Source of the DNA: an uncultured Planctomycetota bacterium
GTDB taxonomy: Bacteria; Planctomycetota; Planctomycetia; Isosphaerales; Isosphaeraceae
Assembly: GCA_963823665.1 (NCBI GenBank)
Contig: CAWGMQ010000010.1
Coordinates: forward strand, 1,216,001 to 1,280,000
DNA length: 64,000 nt
Reading direction: 5' to 3'
Shown here: piece by piece, positions 1 through 10,538 of the stretch
Layout: every line of letters starts with the position of its first letter
How positions within the stretch are numbered: the stretch's first letter is position 1
Program-made: the position numbers and the translations under genes
The notes under the pieces: model-generated
What the model was told of the DNA's origin: nothing
Seen by the model: the letters and a program-made list of their open reading frames with translations, nothing else
Databases searched by the model: none

Positions 1-302
1 GCTTCACCGGGAGTTTGCGGGCGGGAGCCATCCTTCAGCCTCGAATTGCTCACCCCGCGGCGTGTTCCTGACGGGCTGTTTGTGGCGGCGGGGCGGGAGG
101 GATCGATGAATAGAAAAGCCAACGTCGGGCTGACCCTGCTCGGCATCGGTGCCCTCTTCTTTTGCAGGCCGCTCGGGGCCATCCCTCTGATGTTTTACGG
201 GATTTATTTCGGGGAGGCAGACACCCACGACTCGGATGTGGAAATCGGCGCCCGTCGTCCGAGTGTCGGCACCAGGCACGGAGATTGGGTGTCTTGCTTT
301 CC

Positions 303-391
303 CAACAGCGGCGGGGTCGGAGACCCGCGCCGAACAGTTGGAGACCTGCGGTCACAACAGCGGCGGGGTCGAAGACCCGCGCCGAACAACA
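303..391. repeat. REP-like family A, two tandem copies (GGCGGGGTCGGAGACCCGCGCCGAAC)
   Basis: Copies at 310-335 and 362-387 with a GGAGACCTGCGGTC spacer; reverse-complement copies at 31600, 44847, 44909, 44973 and 49971. Confidence 0.85.
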
Positions 392-1614
392 GTCCCGGCG
401 AGGACGCAGAACCGGGCTCGCGCGACCGAGGGGCGGAGGGCAACAGCCGAAGGGCGGAGGGGCGGAGGGCGGAGACGTGTATCACCTGGCAAGATCAGAC
501 CGAGCTTGGCTGTCGTTTATTGAGCATTTGGCAATGTCAGTTTCTGGCAGAATCGGTGCACGGACCCTTGCGTTTCAGTCATTGCGATCGTGATGATCGT
601 TATCGTCGCTCGGACCGGCAGAAGAAATCCAGATTTCCTGATCGACAAATTAGCGAGTGCACGAGGTTCGTCATATAATCTATCTATCTGAGTCTCGATC
701 GCTGACACCGGAGTCGGCACGGGGCAACGACGACCACCGCCGTCTCTTCGTCCTCATCATCATCACCTTTTTCTTCTTCTCTCTCGCCCTCTCGAACCGG
801 GGAACGATTCGTTTGTTCACTCTTGCGCCTGTTGCGCGACTTGCGCGGTTGCTCACCAGCCCGTCGCAGCGGGAAAGAAGGGGGCGAATTCCGTATGGAA
901 TGGGCGAACGTGGCGCTACGGGATTCCCTCGGGTTTTGAGCGGAACGGGGATCGGGACGCCCCCACCGCCGTTGAGAGTGAGTTCTTACCGGGCCGACCG
1001 AGCGATCGTCGAGCGGAACTGGTGGCGTTATCCTCTTTGTTTCTGGGCACTTCCGTGCTGCCAAAGGGTGTTTTCACCAGCCGGAGGACTGGGCGCGAGG
1101 CCGCAATGAAAATAGACCGCTTTGGGCCCTGGAGTCCCATTTCGTCCCATTTTGTCCCATTCCCTTATACTTATCGGAAATGCGCTGCATATGGCTCGGG
1201 GGTTTGCCGCAGAGTGCAGGAGGGCGCGTTGATCTTGTGCCGAGGGAAACTGGCTCAAAGAAAGAGTGCGCGGGAGGCGTCGGAGACGAAGTTCAACGCT
1301 CAAGGCCGGGCGTGGCAGGCCGAGGATGGCTGGACTGGACTTGGAGCGGCTTCATCGGGATGGCGTGCCCTGGCGGGCTGTTCTGTTCTGGAGAATTGGA
1401 AGAATGGGATCGAGTTTGAAGCATGCGGCTTTTTCAACGACCGGAGGCGCGGGGAAGAACTTTCCGCGCATGGGTCGATGATCGCAGTCGGAGGAACGGC
1501 CAAGCGTGCGCCGCGTAGACCGGACCGAGCGAGAGTAACAGGAATTTCTCGCGTGGAGTGCAATAGAGTGCAAGATAGTGCAACGATTGAAAGACCGCGA
1601 AAGCCCAAGGGATC

Positions 1615-1700
1615 GTCCGGCTAAAGCCTGAGCTGCTTTGACGGGGTCGTCAGGCTAAAGCCTGACCTACTTTGGGTCGTCAGGATAAAGCCCGACCTAG
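1615..1700. repeat. GTAG-type REP-like family B cluster (GTCAGGCTAAAGCCTGACCTAC)
   Basis: Hairpins ending CTAC/CTAG at 1649-1670 and 1679-1700, plus a degenerate copy at 1615-1632; also present at 3097 and 21448. Confidence 0.8.
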
Positions 1701-1718
1701 TGTGAAACATCGCGAAAT

Positions 1719-1851
1719 GCGCCGAACGAACCCAATTCAAGCCACGTGGCCGGAAATACGCAACTTGCTTTGAAAACTGGGATTGCATCGTGATATCAAA
1801 ACGAATTGGGAGTTGACAACGTGGCCGGAATTGCGAACGAACCCAATCACG
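1719..1851 (+). repeat. ~130-bp AACGAASCCAAT-bounded module, copy 1
   Basis: Aligns by eye over its length with 2877-3008; same motifs and spacing as 31013-31150 (minus strand). Confidence 0.85.
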
Positions 1852-2876
1852 CCGCGCTGTGAAGGTCGGCTTTGCGCTCTTTCCCTCGTGCGCGCCCCTC
1901 CACCGTCTGCGGCGACACCTCTCCCAGTGCGGGGGAGGAAATGCAGAGCCGAAACTCGATCGACGCGGTGGCGGGGACTGGACTTTCGCGTGCGCCGCGC
2001 GCGCGTCGAGGAGGAATTGCATTCGCTAATCGGTCTAGTCGCTGGAACCCGGAAACTTTCTGGAAATCTCCCGGTCGAACGCCGGCGGAATCTGCAAAGT
2101 CGCCGCATATTGTATATGAGGGAACCTCCGGCGCGTTGTGTTCTGCGCCGGGGCGAGCTGGGTCATGGCAACCGGCGCGTTCTGAAGACACAACCAGAGC
2201 TTGGAGGAATTCGTTCATGACGGAGGGAAGTGTTCCAGGGGCTCGAAGCTCGTGGCTATTGACGTACGCCACGTTGGGGCGGGGCGCGGCCGAGGCGGGC
2301 AGGAGTGGCGGCCCTGTGGTGACTGGGCCGGCGGGCGCGTACACGCTGGATTCAGATCAAGTTCGGGATTCAGAATCCGGCCCCTTTACACTAGTGTACG
2401 GATGCTTGAACACGCCTCAAAAGCGCCACTTTGCGCCACTTTCCGCCATGTGTTCGACGGTTGACTCGGGTGGATTCATTCTTTGCAAGTTCAATGGACG
2501 TCATCGATTGGGAACGGCGTGAGGCGTTCTTCGGTAATGGCGCACGCGAGTGGCGCGTGCCACCAAGAACTGCCACGACAGACCGATGGTGTTGTACAGT
2601 ATGTTTTCTCGTCCCCCTTTCTACTGCACTCGGAGGGAGATCCGCGCTTCCCGGCGTGCGCGGTCTTCCGAGGGCGCAGGCCCGCCTCGGCCACCTGCGG
2701 CGGCATCTCCCCCACGAGGGCTGGAGCTATGCCTTCGCGGGGTGGGAAGAATCCCTTCGCGAAGCGAAGGGCGACAATGGGGTGCGACCCACAGAGTCTC
2801 AACGTTGGGACCGAAGCATGGAGGTCATCCGTCCTGTTCCCGCAGATAGGCCCTTGTTGAGCCAGGCCCGGAAATT

Positions 2877-3008
2877 GCCAAACGAACCCAATCTGGGTGA
2901 GGTGGCCGGAAGTACGCAACTTATTGTGAGCACTGGGATTGGGTCGTGAAATCAAAACGAACTGGGACTTGACAACGTGGCTGGAATTCGCGAACGAACC
3001 CAATCACG
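2877..3008 (+). repeat. ~130-bp AACGAASCCAAT-bounded module, copy 2
   Basis: Direct repeat of 1719-1851 (shared ATCAAAACGAAYTGGGASTTGACAACGTGGCYGGAATT...CGAACGAACCCAATCACG). Confidence 0.85.
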
Positions 3009-3090
3009 GGGTCGACACGGATTCCCGAGCGAAGCCGGTGCGTTGCGTCGCAGAACCAGGGCGATGCATCGGAGACCAAGGGCGATTCGG

Positions 3091-3119
3091 GAAATCGTCA
3101 GGCTGAAAGCCTGACCTAC
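3091..3119. repeat. REP-like family B copy
   Basis: GAAATCGTCAGGCTGAAAGCCTGACCTAC, near reverse complement of 21448-21475. Confidence 0.8.
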
Positions 3120-3184
3120 GTCCGGTTGAACGCCGGGATCAACGCTGGGTTGGATTTGCATCTCGCACCGCGAGCACGACGAAC

Positions 3185-4483
3185 ATGATTCATGTTGGAT
3201 TTGCCGAGACTGACATCACGCCGAAGCCTGGGTCGCAGAGCCCTGGGGGTATGCAGGCGCGGCGGTTGAACGAGGTTCATGACCCGCTCAAGGCCGTTGC
3301 CATGGTGATCAAGAGCGAGGATGCAACCGTCGCACTTGTCGGGATCGACGCGCTGTTCGTCACCGAGGAGACGACAGCACGGGCGCGTGATGCCATTACT
3401 CGCGAAACCAGAATCCCGGGCGCGAATGTTCTGATCGGGGCCAGCCATACGCATGGGGGTGGGCCGATCGCCTCGTGCTTCGAATCCGAAGCGGATCCTG
3501 CGTATCTGGAGCTCGTCGCCGGCCGGATCGCCGAGGCCGTTGGCTCGGCTTATCGGTCACTGCATGCGGCCGAGCTTGGTGACGGGACTGGCCACGAGCC
3601 GAGCATCAGCTTCAATCGCCGGTTCCTGATGCGCGATGGGAGGCATGTTACGCACCCTGGGAAAGGCAATCGCGGAATCGTCAAGCCGGCAGGGCCGATC
3701 GATCCCGATGTTGGTGTTCTGGCGGCCCGTTTGCCCGGGGGCGATCTACTGGGCGTGTTCGTCAACTTTGCCTGCCATCTCACGGTGATGGGCGGAAACG
3801 GGTTCACTGCGGATTATGTTCATTATTTGCGAGAGACTTTGAGGAAGCACTACAAGAAACCACAACTGCCGATCGGTTTTCTGCTGGGGGCGGCGGGCGA
3901 TGTGACGCAGGTGGACAACCTGCGGCCCGGCCGCGAATTCGGGGAAGAGTGGGCGCGGATGTTCGGGCTGGCGCTTGCGGCCGAGACGGTGCAGACCGTG
4001 GAGCGAATGGGCTGGAAGAAGGATGTTGTGGTCCAGGCTGCTCAGACGGTCGTGAATATCCCGATCCGCGATTCAAGGGAGGCGGAACGTGCCACACCCG
4101 CGGTGGGGCTGGGATCTGGAGAGGTCGTGGACAAGATCTATGCCCGGGAGCGCGAGCTTGTGGCCCAAGAGCGTGCGAAGCGGCCGGTGATTCCGTGCGA
4201 AGTGCAGGCCATTCGAATTGGCGAGCTGGGAGTTGTGACCAACGGTGCTGAGTTCTTTTGCGGGCTGGGGCTGGACATCAAGGCGGCGAGCCCGTTTTTG
4301 CGAACATGGGTTGTCAGTCTGGCCAACGGGTGGATCGGGTATGTGCCGACGGCGTCGGCGTATTATGCGGGGGGCTATGAGCCCCGGACGGCGCGGAGTG
4401 CCAAGCTGGCGGCCTGGGCAGGGCAATCGATTGTTGAGGCGTCGCTCGAGGCGCTTGGGCGAGTTTATCAAGCGAAGAGGTGA
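3185..4483 (+). CDS. Neutral/alkaline non-lysosomal ceramidase-family hydrolase
   Basis: 432 aa; GFAETDITP, HDPL, ASHTHGGGP, NRR, GPIDPDV, NFACH, GAAGDV, GYVPT...GGYE motifs. Confidence 0.85.
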   Translation: MIHVGFAETDITPKPGSQSPGGMQARRLNEVHDPLKAVAMVIKSEDATVALVGIDALFVTEETTARARDAITRETRIPGANVLIGASHTHGGGPIASCFESEADPAYLELVAGRIAEAVGSAYRSLHAAELGDGTGHEPSISFNRRFLMRDGRHVTHPGKGNRGIVKPAGPIDPDVGVLAARLPGGDLLGVFVNFACHLTVMGGNGFTADYVHYLRETLRKHYKKPQLPIGFLLGAAGDVTQVDNLRPGREFGEEWARMFGLALAAETVQTVERMGWKKDVVVQAAQTVVNIPIRDSREAERATPAVGLGSGEVVDKIYARERELVAQERAKRPVIPCEVQAIRIGELGVVTNGAEFFCGLGLDIKAASPFLRTWVVSLANGWIGYVPTASAYYAGGYEPRTARSAKLAAWAGQSIVEASLEALGRVYQAKR

Positions 4484-4488
4484 GTATG

Positions 4489-6067
4489 TTATTCGCCCCG
4501 AATCCAGTCTTGGGCGGCTTTTTCGGCTGCGGCACGGGTGGGCCATGGGGTGGCTTGCCAGCTTGGGTAGTCGCCCGTGGGGGAGGTCATTTGCTGGACC
4601 CATTCCTGAATGATTTGCGGCGACTGGCTGAACGTGGCGGCGCGCCGGATTGTGCCGTTCCCGAGAGGCTGCACGAAGACGACGGTGTAGTAGTAAAGGG
4701 GGTCGTACGGGCGTTTCTGTGCGACTTTCTGGATGTAGTCGGAAAGCTTCTTGTCGAAGCGGGGGGGCGGATCGTTGAAGAACTTGTGAAACTCGGCGAG
4801 GTTTTCGGCAGGCGTGCGGGGCTCGAGGGGCGGGATTTTTCTCATCGCGTTCAGGTAGCTGACGAATTCCGTTTTGTGCTTCTGGGCCAGGAAATGGGTG
4901 AGTGCCCATGCGAGAGCGTAATCTGTGGGCGAGAGCGAGGGTTTGAGCAAGAGAGCCTCGGATGGGGACGAGGCGTCCTTGCGGGCGACTTTCCTTGCGC
5001 TCGAGAGCGGGTCTTCGAGCTCACGAATGGTTGCCATGTGCAGCGAGTTGATCGCCGCGACGCCGCTCCACATGATGCCTTTCCGCGTGATGGCGGTGGT
5101 GGCGCAGTATTCGGCCAGACCTTCGATCAGCCAGGGGGGCCAAGCAGCGAGACGGGGCTGGACACCGATGTTCGAGAGGATCTGGTGGGCTCCCTCGTGG
5201 GCGACTGTTTGAGGCTTGAGAAGTGCGGCGACCTTGGGCTCGCGAGCATCGTGATCGGACTTCTGAAAGAAGAAGATGCGGTTGGTGAAGTATTCGTAGT
5301 AGGCTCGGACTTCAGGATCGACTTTTTTGTGAGCGCGGAAATCGGCCTCGGTTGCGAAAATGACGGCAACCAACGGGAATTCCGACTCGTGGACGGGAAT
5401 ACTGTTCCTGCGGAAGGTGTCGATCAAGCCACGATAGAGGTCTTCGAGCAAGCGGCCGCTGTCTTCGGCGAACGCGCGAGTCGACTTGTAAAAGATCAAG
5501 TAATGATCGGTCTTCAAGAGCGGGTAGCCGAAGTAGGGACCGTCTTTCTCGTGGAGGAGGGTCGCGAGCTGCTCCGAGTCGAGGGGCTTGAACGGCTCGT
5601 CGGTCGGCACCAGGACGACGTTCAAGGTTCCGAGCTGTCCGTCGGGCAAGATCAGGGCGGTCTTGTCGCGGTACTGGCCGTAGAGCCGCGCGACGACGCA
5701 CTGGTTAAACTGATCGCGGACTCGAAAACGAGGTGCTCTTGTGATTTCAGCATCGTCGATCGCGTTCGGAGTGGGGACTGTGGCCTTGCCGCGGGGCGGT
5801 TGGGCCTCGCCGTTTGGTCGGCTTCGCGCCGCCGGCGCCGCGAGGGGCTTGGAAGGGGCAGTCGAAGGTGTTTCTTGCGGACGGCCAGGCGGAGGAGGGG
5901 CGACGGTCTGGGCGGGTGCACCTGGGGGCAAGGCGGCGGCGAACACGACGGCCGCGCCACGGCACGACCAAGACGCGCGTCCAGCCACTCGGCCGGCGTT
6001 TGAGGCGTTTGAGGCGGATGCGGAGGGCCTCACCGCAGCCACCGGGGACGTTGACCGCGCGCTCCAT
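4489..6067 (-). CDS. DUF1570-family zincin-like protein (probable frameshift near 5965)
   Basis: TVAHEGAHQILSNIGVQPRL and WLIEGLAEY motifs; YALAWALTHFL. ATG at 6067 has an AAGGA RBS but lies in another frame; start is uncertain. Confidence 0.8.
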
Positions 6068-6415
6068 GGCCGTTGTTCCTTCGCGGGCTTCGTCTGAAGA
6101 AATTCGGAGAGTCGCTCAATTGAGTTTAGCAGGCTGTGGGCGTGGCGAGAAGGCGTTGCTCGACGGAAACCTGTACGATCGCCAAACCTCCAAGCGTTGT
6201 GCAACGTACGGGCTGTATGGGAAACTGTGACGTGGGTGTGCGACCGTGCGCAAAGAAGACAAACAGCAGGCCGAGGGAGCAGGGCCCGGCGTGACCGGTG
6301 CCAGCCACCCCTTGACCGGTTTGCACGACGCCACCTAGCATGAATCTTACCCGCGTGTTGCGTGGGAGATCTGGAACTTATTCGTCTATCAACTCGATTC
6401 GAGTGGTTGAATCTG

Positions 6416-9400
6416 ATGCCCGAAACTGAGACGAGCGATTCGATACCCGTTGATGATCCGACCGGTGCCAGTGCCACCGCCACCGCTGCGGCGCCGGAGG
6501 AGGGAGCGGAACCCGAGCCTGCGCCGGAACCGATGACCCCCGAGCGCGTTTCCCAGTGGAACGCGTACTACGACGTCTATGTCAAGTGGGCGGCATTGAT
6601 TCTGGTCTTTATGGTCGCATGCAATTACGTGACCGAATCGCAGGTGTGGCTGCATTTGAAGACGGGGCAACTGATTTCCAAGCAATGGGCTCCGCTCTTG
6701 ACTGACGAGTTTTCGTACACGGAGGCCGGGAAGCCGTGGTTCAACGTCCCATGGCTGTTCCAGTGGGTTCACGCCTTGTTGTACGACTACACGTACGGTC
6801 TGGTTCCGGTGGACACGATTGACCCGACGGCAAACCGCGCGAGGGCTGAGCAGATTGCGGTTGGCACGCTGGTCGTTTTCGATGCGCTCATCCGGTTCTT
6901 GACGGCGTGGGTGGTGCTCAAGTTCCGGCATCGCGGGCCGGGTCTATGGTGGTCGGCGGTTTGCATGACGCTGGCGCTGGGCGTGATGATTGACCCGCTC
7001 GCGGGCATCTCCATGGGAGGGATTGCGGGGCCGTCGTTCGTGCTGCCGGGGACGTGGGGCTTGTTCTTCCTGGCGCTGGAGCTCTGGGCACTTTTCCGGG
7101 CGTTCTTCCAGGGAAGAGGCTTTGGGCTCTGGTTGTTGCTGCCGCTGTTCGTACTGTGGGCGAACGTGGACGAGTCGTTCTTGTTCGGGCTGGTGGTCCT
7201 GTTGAGTTCGGCACTGGGGTACGCGATGGATCGGGGACGGATAGACGCCTTGCTCGAGCGGCCGGGTGAAGAGGGCGAGGGCGTTCTAACGGCGGCGAGG
7301 AAGCCGGTGGGACCGATGGTTCCGCTCGTGGTCTCCGTGCTTTGCGGGCTCGTGTGCCTGGCCAATCCGTCGACCTGGCACGCATTTGATGTGGCCGCGA
7401 GTCCCTTTTACCGGCTGTTCCAGAATTCATTCTTCAACCCGGCTCTGGAGAAGAAGTACCAGGATAGCTGGTACTTGCTGCCGACATATTACCTGGTGAT
7501 AGTCGCTCTGGGCTTGGGCTCATTCCTGCTGAATGTGCGCCGGTTCTCGTGGGCGCGATTCCTGCCGTTCGCGGTGATGGCGGCGATGTGGGGCGCGATC
7601 ATGCACGTGAACGCGATTTTTGCCCTCATTCTCGCCTGGGTGGTGGCACCGAACGGTCAGGAGTGGTACCAGGATCGCTTTGGCGTCGCGGGGCGGATGG
7701 GGAGGCGATGGACGGTGTGGTCCACGGGTGGTCGCATGGTGACACTTGCACTCGTGTTCCTGCTCATGAGTAAGGACATCACGGGCTGGGGGAATCCGAC
7801 GCCGGGCATCCAGTTCGGGCTGGGATTTCAGCCGGATGCATTCACGCTCGAGGCGGCTGAATTTCTGGACCGCAACAACGAGATCAGCGGGAACATCCTG
7901 AACACGCTGACGGAACAAGGAGATCTAATAATCTGGAAGTCGGCTTCGAAGCGGAAGACGTACGTCGACGGGCGCACCCGGCTCTTTCCGCGAGAGCTTC
8001 AGGAGCAATTGAACCGGACGCGGCTGGCTTTGAGCGAAGATGATGTGGCCGGCTGGAAGCCGCTCTTGGACAAATACCAGATCAGCGCGATCATGATCGA
8101 GCCGCCCGACTCTCCGAAGACGTATGTCAAACTCATGGACAGTCCGAACTGGATACCGTTCTATGACGACGGCCGGATCGTGATGTTCGGCCGCGCGGAT
8201 GCACCTGCCACGGACCTGGCGTTCTTCAAGGCGAACAAGCTGGACGGCGATCTCCTGGCATATTACACGACGCACATGGTGCCCGGGGCAGAGCGGCCGC
8301 CCAACCCGACGTCGTGGATCGACGGAGTGTTTCAGAATCGGACATTCAGCCGGCCTCAGTCGCGGGTGCTCTCTTCTCTTCGCTGGCTGAACAGCCCGAT
8401 GCAAGAGGCGGCGAGAGCCAGGGAGCGGAACGAGGTGTGGATTCCGGACCCGGCTCACTGCATCCTGGCGATCCAGGAGGCCCGCAAGGCACTGGCGCAC
8501 AGCCCGGACGACTGGGTCGCATTCCGGAGGCTGAAGGATGCTTATGCGTATCTGATGTTTCAGGAGAACGCCATGCTCTATGGCGTTCCGATCACGCACG
8601 AGAACGGGGCGAGGATCCTCAGGCTTCAACCCAAGGTCGAGCTGCTCATGAATCGGATGCAGCAGCGGGCGGCGGCGCTCAATTATGCGATCCAGACGAC
8701 GCCACCCCCGAAGAATGCGGCGGAACGTGTGGAGAAGGGGCAATTAAACCTCGAGCTCTCGGAGCTGTACTTCCAGATCGGTGCGCGAGATATGGGCGCG
8801 ACTGTGTACGGGCATTCGTGGAAGGCGTGCAGCCCGGCGATTACACGAAGGAGATGATGGATCAGATCAAGCGTCAGCTCAGCGAATTCGATGAGGCCGT
8901 GAAGAAAGTCAACGACAGCGTCGACGACTTCGAAGTCGAGCGGTCCGCGGGTCCGGTTGACCGGGGAACGTTCGCTCTCAATCAAGGCAACACCGGCCGG
9001 GCGATTACGGAGCTGGCGGAGGCGGAGCGAAACCTTGTGAGCACTGCGGTGGTGAAGCCGCGGCTGGTCGACCTGTACTGTAACACCGGACAGCCGGACA
9101 AGGCGCTCGAGCTGCTATCGACGGGTGCGCTCGAAGACCCGAACCTGGGTGTCGAGCCGGGCGCGGGTGCGTTTCGCCAGGGCCGCGTCTACTTCTTGCT
9201 GGGAAATTACCTTTCCGCCGCTACACTCTGGCATGAGCGTGCGATTCCGCGGGTTCGGGCCGAGCGCAGCGGCAGAGTGCTCGCCTCGGCGGTGGGGTTG
9301 ACGCGAGGCGAATCGCTGCAAACCACGAATGCGTTCCTCGGTCTTCCAACGTCGCTGAGTCAGCAGGCGGCCTGGCTTTACGATCTGGGCATGTGCCAGC

Positions 9401-9753
9401 TCGAGGCCGGGATGCCCGTCGAGGCCGCCGAGAGCCTCACGAGCGCGCTCACTCTGGCGCCGGGACTTGGCGTCCGGCCGATCGCGGCATATTACCTCGA
9501 GAAGATGGGCAAACCCGTTCCGCCGCCGATGAAGCCGATTGGTGCTCCGGAGAAACGCGATGCGCTACCTGCGGATGCGCTGAATACGAACCTCCTGTCG
9601 CAGCCGCCGATCAGCCAACCGGCCGGAGCGGGGAAGCCCGCGGCCGAGAAACCGGCGGCGGCAGCGCCGGGGGCCGACCAAAGGAAGCCGGAAGGTGGGG
9701 CGGCACCGGCGAGTGGTGCCGGTGCGACCCCGTCCAAGAAGGGCGGGTCATAA
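6416..9753 (+). CDS. Large multi-pass membrane protein (GT-C-like N-terminal part) with C-terminal TPR-like helices; frameshift near 8795
   Basis: WLHLKTG...DEFSYT...WLFQ, LWANVD, YVDGRTRLF motifs and many TM segments; ORFs 6362-8857 and 8314-9753 join at ARDM/RDCVRAF. Confidence 0.75.
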
Positions 9754-9765
9754 GATCGGTTCGAT

Positions 9766-10530
9766 TCAGGGCGCAGCACGCTCCGGCTGATCGATCAAGA
9801 TCACGTTGTCGATCTGGCATACGACATCTTGAAAGTCATCATTCGTCGAATACTCCCAGCCGATCACATAGCTATTCGGAACGAGCTTGCCACTGGCCTT
9901 ATCCCGGTTGGGGTAGATCATGGCCTTGTACGGCTGTTTGGCCAGTCTCTTGTTGAGCCGGGAGACCAGCCCTGGCTCACTGAAGACACCGCCGTCCGAA
10001 AGGCCGTCATTGGAGACCCACAGCCCGAACGGCTTCTCGCCGGGATCGAATTCAGTCGATGATCCGGAATCAAGCGGCGGCGGCAAGTGCTGCTCCGTTC
10101 GCAAATCTTCAGTTGTATTCTTATATGTATAAGACCAGAGTTGCACCTTTGCGGGCTCGCCCAGTTCGTTCGAGAGGGATTTGTACCATCCGCCCTTGTT
10201 CCGGGTGGGCAGGCCGAGCGCGATCACCGGGCGGAACCGAACGGGGCCGTTACCGGCCTTCCGGAACAGCCCGGGTGTGGCTTCCGGGGATGTCTTCACG
10301 GGGTTCTTGAGATCAGCATACATCGAGAGGCCGTAGCGATCTCGCAAGATAACCTCCCAGTCGGGCTCGCCCGGGCCCGGGGCCACCTTGGGCTGTTTGG
10401 GAGTTTGCGGCGCGTCGCCAGCGGGCGGCCTAGCTTGTGCACTGCACCAGGGGAATCGACTTCCGGATGTGTAGGGGATGGCGAGCGCGAGGCTCAGGAT
10501 TGAGAGCGCTGCGGATCTCGAGGTTTTCAT
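9766..10530 (-). CDS. Secreted hypothetical protein, DUF4114-like C-terminus
   Basis: 254 aa, signal peptide, YVIGWEYSTNDDFQDVV. Confidence 0.7.
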   Translation of the reverse strand: MKTSRSAALSILSLALAIPYTSGSRFPWCSAQARPPAGDAPQTPKQPKVAPGPGEPDWEVILRDRYGLSMYADLKNPVKTSPEATPGLFRKAGNGPVRFRPVIALGLPTRNKGGWYKSLSNELGEPAKVQLWSYTYKNTTEDLRTEQHLPPPLDSGSSTEFDPGEKPFGLWVSNDGLSDGGVFSEPGLVSRLNKRLAKQPYKAMIYPNRDKASGKLVPNSYVIGWEYSTNDDFQDVVCQIDNVILIDQPERAAP

Positions 10531-10538
10531 GAGTTACC

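Noticed and set aside
46..678. 210-aa ORF with a short hydrophobic stretch
   Set aside because: Runs through REP and heptamer repeats and has no recognisable domain; could be a fragment but cannot be supported.
1615..1700. 30-bp periodic hairpins as a mini-CRISPR or attC array
   Set aside because: Spacers are only about 8 nt, there are no cassettes, and the sequence fits a GTAG-REP.
4480..6003. 507-aa plus-strand ORF, and similar long antisense ORFs (10993-12996, 13269-14699, 19723-21360, 28396-29856, 57856-59238)
   Set aside because: Shadow frames of well-supported opposite-strand genes, expected in high-GC DNA.
8790..8820. Programmed frameshifting in split genes
   Set aside because: No consistent slippery heptamer, and breaks occur in many unrelated families; sequencing error is more parsimonious.
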